Below are positions 9,031 to 18,688 of a stretch of 59,476 nt of DNA, piece by piece (the first letter of the stretch is position 1; each line of letters begins with the position of its first letter). Source of the DNA: a virus (taxonomy: Duplodnaviria; Heunggongvirae; Uroviricota; Caudoviricetes). The notes beneath the pieces were generated by a model. The model saw only the letters and a program-made list of their open reading frames with translations, was not told where the DNA came from and ran no database searches. A program made the translations under genes and the position numbers. The DNA lies in the IMG/VR virus record IMGVR_UViG_3300029544_000210, positions 84,406 to 143,881 of that record; one strand, given 5' to 3'.

Positions 9031-9810
9031 TTGCCAAACTATGTAAAAATTCCACGAGAAATCATTTATGATAAAGATCTCTCGTCTAAACGTGTGATAA
9101 TCTTCTCATATCTTTGTGCAAGGCGGTCACTTGATGACACAGTGGCATTTTCCACAACAGAACTTTGCCACTGGTCTAAATTGAAACCTAACTACAGAGA
9201 TGGAAAGATAAATCAGAAATATTATGAAGTTCTATCACTTCTCTCTCATTATGGATACTTTGAATCATGTCCAGATTTTGAGAAAAGTCTAAAAGAAAAG
9301 ACCAATTCGGTCAAATATCAGCAAGTAAAACTTAATATAGAAAAATTTGATGTACCTGATAAATTTGGAATTATTTATTTTGATGAGTTGGATGTAATAT
9401 TAAATTTCAAAGAAGAATTGAAGGATAAAGAGATTGATACTGCAAGAATATCATCAGCTTATATTTTACTTGTACTCTCTTATATTCGTGTTAATTTGAA
9501 TCGAATGGATGGTAAGCCATTATGCTGTTATAGATATTTTAAGACTATTTCAGAAGACATTGGACTTTCTGAAAGATATATTGGTCGTATAGTTGACATT
9601 TTGGAAGAACTTAAAATTGTAAAATGTCAACCTATGAAGAGAGAAAAACATATTAAGGATGGCAAAGAAAAATATACTACTACTCCAAAGGTGTTTGCTG
9701 ATTACAGACATTTTATAACTGATGAACATGGTCAAAGAATTGATAATAAATATGATCCATGTGAGGAAATTAAAAAACAGATAGAACTTTTAGAGAATAT
9801 TAATATGTAA
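9031..9810 (+). CDS. winged-helix protein, possible replication initiator
   Basis: YVKIPREIIYDKDLS N-terminus and CYRYFKTISEDIGLSERYIGRIVDILEELKIV wHTH; TTG start after GAGGTG. Confidence 0.5.
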   Translation: MPNYVKIPREIIYDKDLSSKRVIIFSYLCARRSLDDTVAFSTTELCHWSKLKPNYRDGKINQKYYEVLSLLSHYGYFESCPDFEKSLKEKTNSVKYQQVKLNIEKFDVPDKFGIIYFDELDVILNFKEELKDKEIDTARISSAYILLVLSYIRVNLNRMDGKPLCCYRYFKTISEDIGLSERYIGRIVDILEELKIVKCQPMKREKHIKDGKEKYTTTPKVFADYRHFITDEHGQRIDNKYDPCEEIKKQIELLENINM

Positions 9811-9984
9811 GAACATAAAGAGATACTATCTCCTATGACAATATCTCTTTACCATAAATTTGCGCAATGAGTGTTACACTAAACGCTCCAATTTGCAGTG
9901 AGGCTTCTAATTCACTGGTGAATATATTAAATAAGGTTGCAGCATGAGAATGAATAAAATAGTAAATCACGTACCTATTTTATT

Positions 9985-10176
9985 CTACTTCTCATACGAA
10001 ATACCGTTTTTCGTAACGGTAACACGTTTCTTGCCTGAAGTTACAAGCAGTTTTAATTCTTTGTATTCTGTGAACTTTCTAACACAATACTTAACAAGAT
10101 TTATAACAGCTATGGTAATCCCAGGTGTCAAAATTAAATTAATTATCCTAACCAGACCTCCCTTCTGTGAAAACAT
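9985..10176 (-). CDS. small single-TM protein (moron, toxin-like)
   Basis: IINLILTPGITIAVINLVKYCVRK hydrophobic helix plus basic tail; true start probably just after the internal AGGGAGG. Confidence 0.5.
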   Translation of the reverse strand: MFSQKGGLVRIINLILTPGITIAVINLVKYCVRKFTEYKELKLLVTSGKKRVTVTKNGISYEK

Positions 10177-10469
10177 GTGCAGTCACACAAGAAAACTCTG
10201 ATAGGACATATCAATTTTATGTGCATAATCACGCCTTTCGTACCTGATATAAAATCAGTTGTGACCTTGGTTTACGAGTTACAATTAAAAATCGTGTATA
10301 CACATCAAATTGATTATATCACATATCAGTGAATTAGAAAATCCCCACTTTAATTAACATTAAATCAATTCTCATTTAGAGAATATAAATATGTAACAAA
10401 AACACGTATCACACTAAAAGGAGCGATGATATGGCTAAAAAAATTTATTAACAAGGAGACTAAAAATTA

Positions 10470-10688
10470 ATGACAAAGGAAACAGAAAATCATGTAATGA
10501 CAAGAACTATGGAACTTAAGGCTCGCAACAAGTTAATTTGCTCACCATTGTTATTAAAATCAGGAGCAGATTTTGGTGGAACTGATTTAGATATTGTTGC
10601 AAGAATTTTTACTGATTTGAAATTTGATAATGATAGAAAAAGAGAATGTATTATCAGAGACAATAAAGAAAGCGAGGAAATTGCATAA
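10470..10688 (+). CDS. hypothetical protein
   Basis: ORF track, AAGGAG RBS. Confidence 0.6.
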   Translation: MTKETENHVMTRTMELKARNKLICSPLLLKSGADFGGTDLDIVARIFTDLKFDNDRKRECIIRDNKESEEIA

Positions 10689-11017
10689 TGAGATACGAGA
10701 TAATTGCTGACACAGCTATAACAGTTGATATGAATAATGGATATTCAATACTTGCTATGAGCAGATGGAATAAGGAAAAGAGTTTATATGATACTACTCT
10801 ATTTATTAAGAATAATAGTGTTGATGGGTTTAATTTAATAGATGAGCCTTGTGTTATTGAATTTAATGTGCCAGATAAAAAGGTGCTTTGTATGGAAGTG
10901 ACAAGATATATTGAAAATACTGATTTTACACGTTATATCAATCGCACTAAGTATGAACTTGATTGTTTTGAGCGTGGAAATGCATTATATGAGAAAGAAA
11001 AGTTAAATGTTAAGTAA
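10688..11017 (+). CDS. hypothetical protein
   Basis: ORF track; TAATG coupling. Confidence 0.7.
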   Translation: MRYEIIADTAITVDMNNGYSILAMSRWNKEKSLYDTTLFIKNNSVDGFNLIDEPCVIEFNVPDKKVLCMEVTRYIENTDFTRYINRTKYELDCFERGNALYEKEKLNVK

Positions 11018-11432
11018 AAGTGATTATAAATATTACGAGAAAGCAAAAACGGCTGCCGATTTATCAGATTATAGAAAAACACATATAGGTTGTATAGCCG
11101 TTTATCAAGGAAATGTAATAGGAATTGGTTGTAATACAATTAAAACGCATCCTATACAGAAATATTATAACAGATATAGAAAGTCTTGGAATAAGAACGG
11201 TATTAAACCAACATTACATGCTGAAATTAATTGTCTTAATTCTATTCGTCATTTGAATATAAATTTTTCCAAAGTAAAATTGTATATTTTCAGAACAAGA
11301 TTTGATAAAGAGTTTGGCATGTGTCGTCCTTGCTCTAGTTGTATGGCAGCTATTAAAGATTTAGGAATTAAGCATATCTATTACACTACAGATTATGGAT
11401 TTTGCTATGAGAAAATAAAATGTGAGGTATGA
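11007..11432 (+). CDS. zinc-dependent cytidine/dCMP-type deaminase
   Basis: HIGCIAVYQGNVIGIGCN...LHAE...RPCSSC motifs. Confidence 0.85.
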   Translation: MLSKSDYKYYEKAKTAADLSDYRKTHIGCIAVYQGNVIGIGCNTIKTHPIQKYYNRYRKSWNKNGIKPTLHAEINCLNSIRHLNINFSKVKLYIFRTRFDKEFGMCRPCSSCMAAIKDLGIKHIYYTTDYGFCYEKIKCEV

Positions 11433-11677
11433 AAATGGCTTGTGAATATTGCGGAAGAGATTCTGGACATGCCGAAAGATGTCCATTACACGAAGATAGG
11501 AAAAGTAATTACATATGTTGTTATTGTAAAGAGGGAATATTTAATGGAGATGAATTTATAGTTAATTCTGAAGGTGAGTATCTTCATCGAGATTGTATAT
11601 TTAGCTATGATTTTTTAGTTAATTGGTTAGGTTATGATTTTAACGAAATGGGAAAGGAAGGATATTATGATAGTTAA
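11429..11677 (+). CDS. small zinc-finger protein
   Basis: CEYC...H...CP, CCYC...HRDC. Confidence 0.65.
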   Translation: MKMACEYCGRDSGHAERCPLHEDRKSNYICCYCKEGIFNGDEFIVNSEGEYLHRDCIFSYDFLVNWLGYDFNEMGKEGYYDS

Positions 11678-11939
11678 TAAATTAAGAATATTTTTTGATA
11701 TTGATTATAAAACAAGTATTGAATATTGGATTCCTATTAGTGAAATAAAGATTAAGAATATATTTCTTGCTACTCCACCTAGTTATTTTAAGTATAGAAG
11801 AAAACTTAATAATTTTATTAAGTACGGTGAGCTTAGTCCTATTATCATTGACAGGAATTTTGAATTAGTTGATGGGTATATAAGTTATCTAATTATGAAA
11901 AGATTTAGCGTTGGAAAAGTACCTGTTTATTTTCAATAA
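11667..11939 (+). CDS. minimal ParB-like domain protein
   Basis: IPISEIKI...GELSPIIIDRNFELVDGYISYL...GKVPV. Confidence 0.55.
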   Translation: MIVNKLRIFFDIDYKTSIEYWIPISEIKIKNIFLATPPSYFKYRRKLNNFIKYGELSPIIIDRNFELVDGYISYLIMKRFSVGKVPVYFQ

Positions 11940-12013
11940 TGTGTAAGTAAATAGAAATTTCATTTGGAGAATATAATGGTGGGAAATAATAAAGATAAAA
12001 GGAGGATTTTTAT

Positions 12014-13465
12014 ATGGTCAATTATGAACCAGAGTTAATGTACGCATTGGATTCTAAAAGTGAATATGCTGATTGGAAGAATGTTTACAATGTAAGTGGC
12101 AATGATGTACTTTATTGTCCTATTTGTTTAGGAAGAGTCAAACTTTGGAATGGACAAAATCCAGATAAAACATACAAAAAACAAAGATGTTTTCATCATA
12201 TTGATGGAATGTGTTCACAAGAAAGTAGGATTCATTTTGCTTATAAAACTTGGCTGCTTGATAAAAATAGTAAATTTAAAGTTGGACAAACTATATACGA
12301 GGTTGCTAACTCATGTATTGAAAAGACTTTTCACACCAAATTTGGAGATTATCGTCCTGATATTTTTATAGAAACTACAGAAGGGAAAAGCTTTTATATT
12401 GAAATAGCAGATACAAACAAAAAAACTGATGACTATATTGAAAAATGGGATGAGCTTGGATGCGATGTTTTAGAGTTAGATGTAAATGGGGAGCTTCTTA
12501 AAGTAACGACAGATGATATTCCTAAATTTAAACTTATCTACTCATCTTCTACTGGTGAATGTTTTATAAAACATTATGTTAGACAAGATTATGATGATTT
12601 GATTACTTTAAGAAAAACTTATTGGAAAAGAACGGACTTAATTGAGTATAAAATTCAGTGGGAACGATTAGATTGGTTCTGGACAAAGCTTCAAGAATAT
12701 TATACTAATAAATCAGTACAAGCAGATTTAATTGATGCCTTTCAATTATTAGAACCTGAAGATCAAAGATTTATTTGTAAAAAAATGAATGGAAAACACT
12801 CATCGTTAAGATATATTCTTGAGAAGAATTATATAGATTTAGATGATTATGATAATGCACGATTAAAACATATTGGACTAACCATCAAAAATCTTAACAA
12901 AGAATTTGGTTATAGTAGTAGCAATAAAAAAGAAGATACATACTTATTCAGAAAATATAACCATATAATTTTTAAAGATGCTGTTTATTGGGAAAATCGT
13001 TCTCACTTACTTGTAGATGAGTTTATTACAGACACAGACGTATTTAATTTTTTTCATCCAATAATGGAAAAATATTATAATGAACATACAATACCGCTCA
13101 GAGAGGAAATCAAGAAGAAAAAAGAAAAAGAACACAAAAACGAAAAGTATATAAGTGAATATTTATCTCCATGTATAGACAATATGATAAAACAGATACA
13201 TAGTAGTAAAAAATCGTCATGGAAAATTATTTATGATGTTTACTCTAATGAGGGAAATACATATTTAAATATTAAAATATCTCTTCTTAATCATTGGTTT
13301 GAACACCTTACATTTAATATTAATTTATTGAATAGCATTTCTGAAATTGAAATAACTAATAGCATTGTAAAGGCAATGAATAAGTTATTAGTTCAAGGAA
13401 AGATTGGTGATAATCATTTAAGGATAATGGAATTAAAGGAGAAAAATGCTGATGACAAACAATAA
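12014..13465 (+). CDS. CoiA-like zinc-ribbon / PD-(D/E)xK nuclease
   Basis: YCPIC...FHH...C.ES..H...K, EK...YRPDI...YIEI motifs; overlaps start of the RNAP gene. Confidence 0.6.
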   Translation: MVNYEPELMYALDSKSEYADWKNVYNVSGNDVLYCPICLGRVKLWNGQNPDKTYKKQRCFHHIDGMCSQESRIHFAYKTWLLDKNSKFKVGQTIYEVANSCIEKTFHTKFGDYRPDIFIETTEGKSFYIEIADTNKKTDDYIEKWDELGCDVLELDVNGELLKVTTDDIPKFKLIYSSSTGECFIKHYVRQDYDDLITLRKTYWKRTDLIEYKIQWERLDWFWTKLQEYYTNKSVQADLIDAFQLLEPEDQRFICKKMNGKHSSLRYILEKNYIDLDDYDNARLKHIGLTIKNLNKEFGYSSSNKKEDTYLFRKYNHIIFKDAVYWENRSHLLVDEFITDTDVFNFFHPIMEKYYNEHTIPLREEIKKKKEKEHKNEKYISEYLSPCIDNMIKQIHSSKKSSWKIIYDVYSNEGNTYLNIKISLLNHWFEHLTFNINLLNSISEIEITNSIVKAMNKLLVQGKIGDNHLRIMELKEKNADDKQ

Positions 13466-16319
13466 TATATATATTCCCTCTATTGATGCAAAAGATATTT
13501 ATTTATCAGCACATTACATTGAGGAAAATCCAGAAGGATATAATTTAAAGCTCAAAGATGGACAGTATAATTTACGAAAATTTATCAATACACTTGATTA
13601 TAGCTTAGACCTTATAGAGTTAAAGGATATTTATTATAGAAAATTCAGAAAACATGATTTTTCATTTAGAATTAAAAAACATGATTATTCTGTAAATGTA
13701 ATTAATCTCACGTTTAAGTATTCTGTAAAAGAATGGAATCAGATGAACAAAAATACTTTTGTCAGGCTTGGATATGATTATAGAAATCTGTCTTTTAAAG
13801 ATGGTATTGCTAAAAATAGCGAAGGTGAAATTGTTGGAATTAAGACGAATGAAAAAATTGAAAACCCAACTGATATACCAAAGCCATTTGTTAAAAAGCA
13901 GGTAAATATCTATGATAAAAAGGATAAAACTGTTATTAAAGAGATTCAAACTCAATACCATAAAAAAGGTGAACCGAAGACTATAAAGACAAATGCAGAA
14001 CTTAGAACTGAGTTGTATAAAGATGGATTTATATGTAATGGTATTAAATATTGTCGTATGAAACGTTCTACTGGCTCTGCAAGAGTTGGTAAATGTCTTT
14101 TTATCAGAGAAGATTTATATGAACCGATTATAAAATTCAGTTCAGGTGGTCTTAAATATAACCAAGGAGATCCGATTGATTTAGCTGCATATGAGGGATA
14201 TATTGCTCTCCCATCTAGTAGCATTATTGATACCATTCCAATTAAACCAGAAAATATTCTTTTAATTGATGATTATGACAGCGTGTTTAATGAGGACGTA
14301 ATCGAGACTCATGATGAAGACGGATGGCTTAAAACTACTGAAAAGAATTGTGAAATTACAAATACAATTTGGGATGGTCAGTCTCTTATGGATATATCTC
14401 TATTTGGTGATTATTCAGAATATGGTATGCTTCTACTTAGAAATCTAATGTTCAAATCTTGTTGTTTCAACTGTAATATCCAACAATGGTTCAAAGATAA
14501 TAATATAACGGATGTGTCTCAGCTTAATGGTAAAACAAGAGCTACACGAATTGAAGATGTAAAGTTAATTACCACACCTAACAGTATTAAATATTTGAAA
14601 TTTAGTACATGGGATGAATGGCTTAACCACTTATATCCTGATTTTGGTGTTGTAAAGCATGATAAGAAAACTCATTTCTTTGGAGGTCGCTTAGTACAGA
14701 CTCATTATCAGTTGCTCAATACCCTTCAGATGTCCAAAGATGAAGTAAGAGAATTTTTGCAGGAATCGCTTGACTTTGCACAAATGCTTAGAGATAGACC
14801 AGAAGTTGTACGTTATTACATTAAATATCCTGATATTGATGAAATGTCACCTATGGATAAACCTATGAGTAGCAAGAATGATGTGGTTTATAATTTAATG
14901 TGTGTAAATGATAATTTTACTAAAACTAAATATTATCAAGACTTTTTACATGATTTATTGGCATCATATTACAAAAATCTCAAAAATGGGCATATCTATG
15001 TAAATGGTAACTACTCTACTCTTCTTGGTAATCCAATAGAGATGTTACAGCAATCAATTGGTAAGTTTGAAGGAAAAAGTCAAATTGGAATTGGTAATAT
15101 ACATAGTACACGCTTTGAATATAATAAAACTCTTCTTGCCAGTCGTTCACCTCATGTTACAATCGGAAACATTTGGCTTCCATATAATACGGAGAATAAA
15201 TTGATAGATTGTTATCTTAATCTTACAAATGAGATTGTGTGTATTAATTCTATTGGAGAAAATGTATTGCAGAGGTTATCGGGTGCTGACTTCGATAGTG
15301 ATACAGTAATGTTGACAGATAATGAAAAGCTCATTCGTGCAGCTAAAAGAAATTATCAGTTGTTTAAAACACCAACTGCGAATGTTGATTCTACAAAGAA
15401 AAAAAGATATTATACACCAGAACAGCAAGCAGATCTTGACATTAAAACATCTGTAAATAAAATCGGTGAGATTGTTAATCTATCTCAGGAATTAAATTCT
15501 TTACTTTGGGATAAGATGTATCATGGTGCTACTTATAATGATATTAAGGAGTTATATTATGATATATGTCAATTAGATGTAATGTCTGGAATTGAAATTG
15601 ATAAGGCAAAGAAAGAATTTATTATCAACAACGGTAAAGAGTTAGATAAACTACGTGAAAAGTATGATGAACTTTTGCGTGAGTATGAAGAGAATGAAGA
15701 AGGCGAATTAGTAAGAGGTAAGAAACGTATGCCACACTTCTTCTCTCATATCTCTAAACAAAAAGGATATTACAATCCTGATAAGAAACATTATTGTAAA
15801 TGTCACACTTCAATGGACTATTTACAGACCATTATTAATGGATTCAAAATTAAGAATCCATATAAAAAGGATTGGCTACCATTTGTATCTATATTAGATA
15901 ACTCTTTATTTAGAACAAATCGTGTAAATCAAAAACAAATAAATAAAATTTATAGTATTTTAAAAAGATATATAAATGAAAGAAAAAATATTTACGCTTC
16001 TGACTCAGATACAAAAGAAGATAAAAATGAAAAAGCGAATAAATTAAGAGAAGACCTTATTTCCGACATTGAAGATGAAACAATTGGATTTTCTACATTA
16101 TATCGTCTGCTCTCTTCTCTTGAAGATAAAGAGAATTCTCAAATCAAAAATCTTTTATTAGAAATTATGTATCTCTGTGGCAATGATAGTTTCAATAAAG
16201 CTATTATCCAGTCGAAACATGAAATTTCCCAATTAGAAGAAAATGGTGCTGATGTTAAATTGTTTGATATTGGCTTCAAAATTACAAAAAAACAGGCAAA
16301 ATGCGAAATCGACAGCTAA
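13446..16319 (+). CDS. YonO-like single-subunit DNA-dependent RNA polymerase (two-barrel/RdRP-like)
   Basis: RSTGSAR, WDGQSL, RSPH...GADFDSD catalytic motif, EIDKAK; SPbeta-like synteny. Confidence 0.85.
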   Translation: MLMTNNNIYIPSIDAKDIYLSAHYIEENPEGYNLKLKDGQYNLRKFINTLDYSLDLIELKDIYYRKFRKHDFSFRIKKHDYSVNVINLTFKYSVKEWNQMNKNTFVRLGYDYRNLSFKDGIAKNSEGEIVGIKTNEKIENPTDIPKPFVKKQVNIYDKKDKTVIKEIQTQYHKKGEPKTIKTNAELRTELYKDGFICNGIKYCRMKRSTGSARVGKCLFIREDLYEPIIKFSSGGLKYNQGDPIDLAAYEGYIALPSSSIIDTIPIKPENILLIDDYDSVFNEDVIETHDEDGWLKTTEKNCEITNTIWDGQSLMDISLFGDYSEYGMLLLRNLMFKSCCFNCNIQQWFKDNNITDVSQLNGKTRATRIEDVKLITTPNSIKYLKFSTWDEWLNHLYPDFGVVKHDKKTHFFGGRLVQTHYQLLNTLQMSKDEVREFLQESLDFAQMLRDRPEVVRYYIKYPDIDEMSPMDKPMSSKNDVVYNLMCVNDNFTKTKYYQDFLHDLLASYYKNLKNGHIYVNGNYSTLLGNPIEMLQQSIGKFEGKSQIGIGNIHSTRFEYNKTLLASRSPHVTIGNIWLPYNTENKLIDCYLNLTNEIVCINSIGENVLQRLSGADFDSDTVMLTDNEKLIRAAKRNYQLFKTPTANVDSTKKKRYYTPEQQADLDIKTSVNKIGEIVNLSQELNSLLWDKMYHGATYNDIKELYYDICQLDVMSGIEIDKAKKEFIINNGKELDKLREKYDELLREYEENEEGELVRGKKRMPHFFSHISKQKGYYNPDKKHYCKCHTSMDYLQTIINGFKIKNPYKKDWLPFVSILDNSLFRTNRVNQKQINKIYSILKRYINERKNIYASDSDTKEDKNEKANKLREDLISDIEDETIGFSTLYRLLSSLEDKENSQIKNLLLEIMYLCGNDSFNKAIIQSKHEISQLEENGADVKLFDIGFKITKKQAKCEIDS

Positions 16320-16451
16320 TTACGGCTCTAGCTGTACTGCATATTTTTATTTTACATAGGAGAGGGTAGTTTTCTATCTATTATTTTTTAATTACTGCCC
16401 TACTCTATTGTAAAATTCTATGTCTGCTATTATAGCAAAGGAGGAATTGCA

Positions 16452-16772
16452 ATACAAGAAGAAAAAAAATATTATAATCAAAAAGATATAATAAATAACA
16501 TTTGTGAAGAAACTGGTTGCTCTATACGTGACGTTACGCTTATTTTGAATTCGTTGGGTAGTGTGGTAAAGGATAAGTTTGGTGATAGGAATAATTATGT
16601 AGAAATAAAATTATTTCCAGGACTAAAGGTAACTTCAAGATTTATACCATTTGAGCAAGCTCAGTCTAATTTAAAAGGTTATATAAATAATCACGATATG
16701 TTATTTTTATCTGCTGACTTTAGCAGAAATTTTAAGGATTCTGTAAAAGAATTACATAATAATTTAGAATGA
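16452..16772 (+). CDS. HU/IHF-like DNA-binding protein (probable ATA start)
   Basis: Frame extends to ATA after AAGGAGG: QKDIINNICEETGCSIRDVTLILNSLGSVV...VEIKLFPGLKV. Confidence 0.5.
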   Translation: MQEEKKYYNQKDIINNICEETGCSIRDVTLILNSLGSVVKDKFGDRNNYVEIKLFPGLKVTSRFIPFEQAQSNLKGYINNHDMLFLSADFSRNFKDSVKELHNNLE

Positions 16773-16901
16773 AATCAGCTTTTCTTAATATCCTGCCCTA
16801 TGTGGCATTACATAATATTAAAAGTTTATTTTATAAATTAACCTCTCTTTCTTATATCGGTGGTTGCATTATTTAAAAAATCGTGTAATCACTGATACTC
16901 T

Positions 16902-16973
16902 TCCCATATAGTTCAATGGTAGAGCAACGAACTGTTAATTCGTAAGTTACAGGTTCGAATCCTGTTGTGGGAG
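16902..16973 (+). tRNA. tRNA-Asn(GTT)
   Basis: TCCCATA/TGTGGGA acceptor, CT-GTT-AA loop, GGTTCGAATCC. Confidence 0.9.
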
Positions 16974-17009
16974 TTATCCTATTTTTATAGGACTGGTCGG
17001 TTTCGGATC

Positions 17010-17822
17010 GGAGGATGTTGAATCTTAAAATAAGCGTGGCGACACGTATAAAGTGGTTCTTATCGTATTATAAGGCTGCGACTGTATAATACAGTTTAAC
17101 GGAAAACACATAAAATCTACGCCATATCTAAGGTCAGAGGTCAACTGATAATGACTATTTATGAGTTTATGTAATCAATTGCATTGCATGAGATTCTTAA
17201 ACAAATTGATTTGGTGGGTGTCTCGAAATAGGCACTGTATTAACACAGAAATGTGGGGATGATTTGTGTACTATTGACGGGAATACCGCAAGTATAACTG
17301 TTGATAGGATTTTGATAATATCTCTTAAGTTGAAAAACAGGGATGGAATCAAAAAGCAAGGAGATCGCAATCCGAGCAGGATGGTGATGATTGGGTGGTA
17401 CTCAAAAGGTACTGATGGTCAAATATACACCTCATCGTCCATTTGTAAGTACATACTTTTGGTGAATGAACAGAATTCCTTAATAATAAAAATATTATTT
17501 GATTTACTGATAGAAAAGAACAAGCAAAAGTGTGTATAACCGCAAAGAGACAAACAACTTATTCATCTGTAATATGGTGACATATAGCACTCGCAAGGTA
17601 CTATATGAGAAAGTACAAGTACGTACAACTCTAATAGGCTGCAACCTATGAATCTCGCAAGGAAGAATGTGCAGAAAGAAAATCTATAATACTTTGTGGT
17701 AAGAGTTTGCCGATTATGTCAAAATCGGTGTTGTTGCTAACTACAAGTTAATCGCTTGTGTGATAAACTGTGTCCAACCACAGTAGATGTTAGTGTATTG
17801 AGTCAAATATCTCAGCTCATAT
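17010..17822 (+). ncRNA. large structured RNA, GOLLD-like
   Basis: ~800 nt with no credible CDS between two tRNAs; many helices and GNRA-type loops (GCAA, GCGA, GAAA); ends ATCTCAGCTC before a terminator. Confidence 0.55.
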
Positions 17823-17829
17823 TAAGTAA

Positions 17830-17858
17830 GGATCTCATACTTCGGTATGGGATTTTTT
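17830..17858 (+). terminator. intrinsic terminator
   Basis: ATCTCATAC-TTCG-GTATGGGAT followed by T tract. Confidence 0.8.
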
Positions 17859-17862
17859 ATTT

Positions 17863-17937
17863 TGGGAATTAGTTCAGCTTGGCTAGAACGCTTGATTTGG
17901 GATCAAGAGGTCGCAGGTTCAAATCCTACATTTCCAA
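17863..17937 (+). tRNA. tRNA-Pro(TGG)
   Basis: CTTGA-TT-TGG-GA-TCAAG arm, GGTTCAAATCC. Confidence 0.85.
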
Positions 17938-17973
17938 CTACTATCCTACTTTGTAGGAAATAAATCAAAGGAT

Positions 17974-18138
17974 GTGAAAATTATTAAACAGATTTCTAAA
18001 AGTGAAATTGAAAAATTATTATCTGAAGGTGTAATCAGAAACACAAGACGAGGATATGTAGATCGTAGAGGCGAACACATAGGTTATTACAAGACTTGTA
18101 GTGGAAAGCGTTACATCGAAGATAAATTCGTCAAGTAG
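17974..18138 (+). CDS. small hypothetical protein
   Basis: KQISKSEIEKLLSEGVIRNTRRGY...; start GTG 17974 or ATT 17983. Confidence 0.5.
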   Translation: MKIIKQISKSEIEKLLSEGVIRNTRRGYVDRRGEHIGYYKTCSGKRYIEDKFVK

Positions 18139-18147
18139 GTGCTGGCT

Positions 18148-18459
18148 ATGAAAAATCGAATAGAATATAAAGATTTTTATATTGACAAGACTGAAAACGG
18201 CTATCGTATATGCAGAAAAGATGACACAGAAAAACATACTCATCTTTCAAATCTTAATCCATCGTATAAGCTTATAGACAATGTATTATCAAATAAAATT
18301 CCTACTCGTTGTGGGTGTTATTATTTAGAATCACATGCTAGATTAAGCTATGATGAAAATTATATTAGGAAGATTCGTGAGTATATTAAAGTAAAGCAGA
18401 ATAAAAGTAAACAAATGTATTACAATCCTGGCAGAAAGCGTTCTGGTGGGAATTTTTAA
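18148..18459 (+). CDS. hypothetical protein
   Basis: ORF track; HTHL motif. Confidence 0.7.
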   Translation: MKNRIEYKDFYIDKTENGYRICRKDDTEKHTHLSNLNPSYKLIDNVLSNKIPTRCGCYYLESHARLSYDENYIRKIREYIKVKQNKSKQMYYNPGRKRSGGNF

Positions 18460-18463
18460 TTTT

Positions 18464-18661
18464 ATGGAGGAAAATATTTTGTTTGTATGCAAAAGCAAAC
18501 GATTAGCAAATTACCTTATTGACAATGGCTCACAACTTAAAAGAATAGATACAGACCAGAAGTCAAAAGGATTTTTGGTATTTTTATTTGAGAAAAATGA
18601 GTTGCTTAATAAAAATTTAGGAAATTGGAGGATAGATAAAGAGACATATCTAATTTTTTAA
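18464..18661 (+). CDS. small protein (DUF5659-like)
   Basis: FVCKSKRLANYLIDNG...GFLVFLFEKNELL. Confidence 0.55.
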   Translation: MEENILFVCKSKRLANYLIDNGSQLKRIDTDQKSKGFLVFLFEKNELLNKNLGNWRIDKETYLIF

Positions 18662-18688
18662 ATTATGTTACGAAGGAGATGTTACAAA

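Noticed and set aside
17264..17539. 91-aa ORF inside the GOLLD-like region
   Set aside because: No RBS, unnatural composition, overlaps RNA helices
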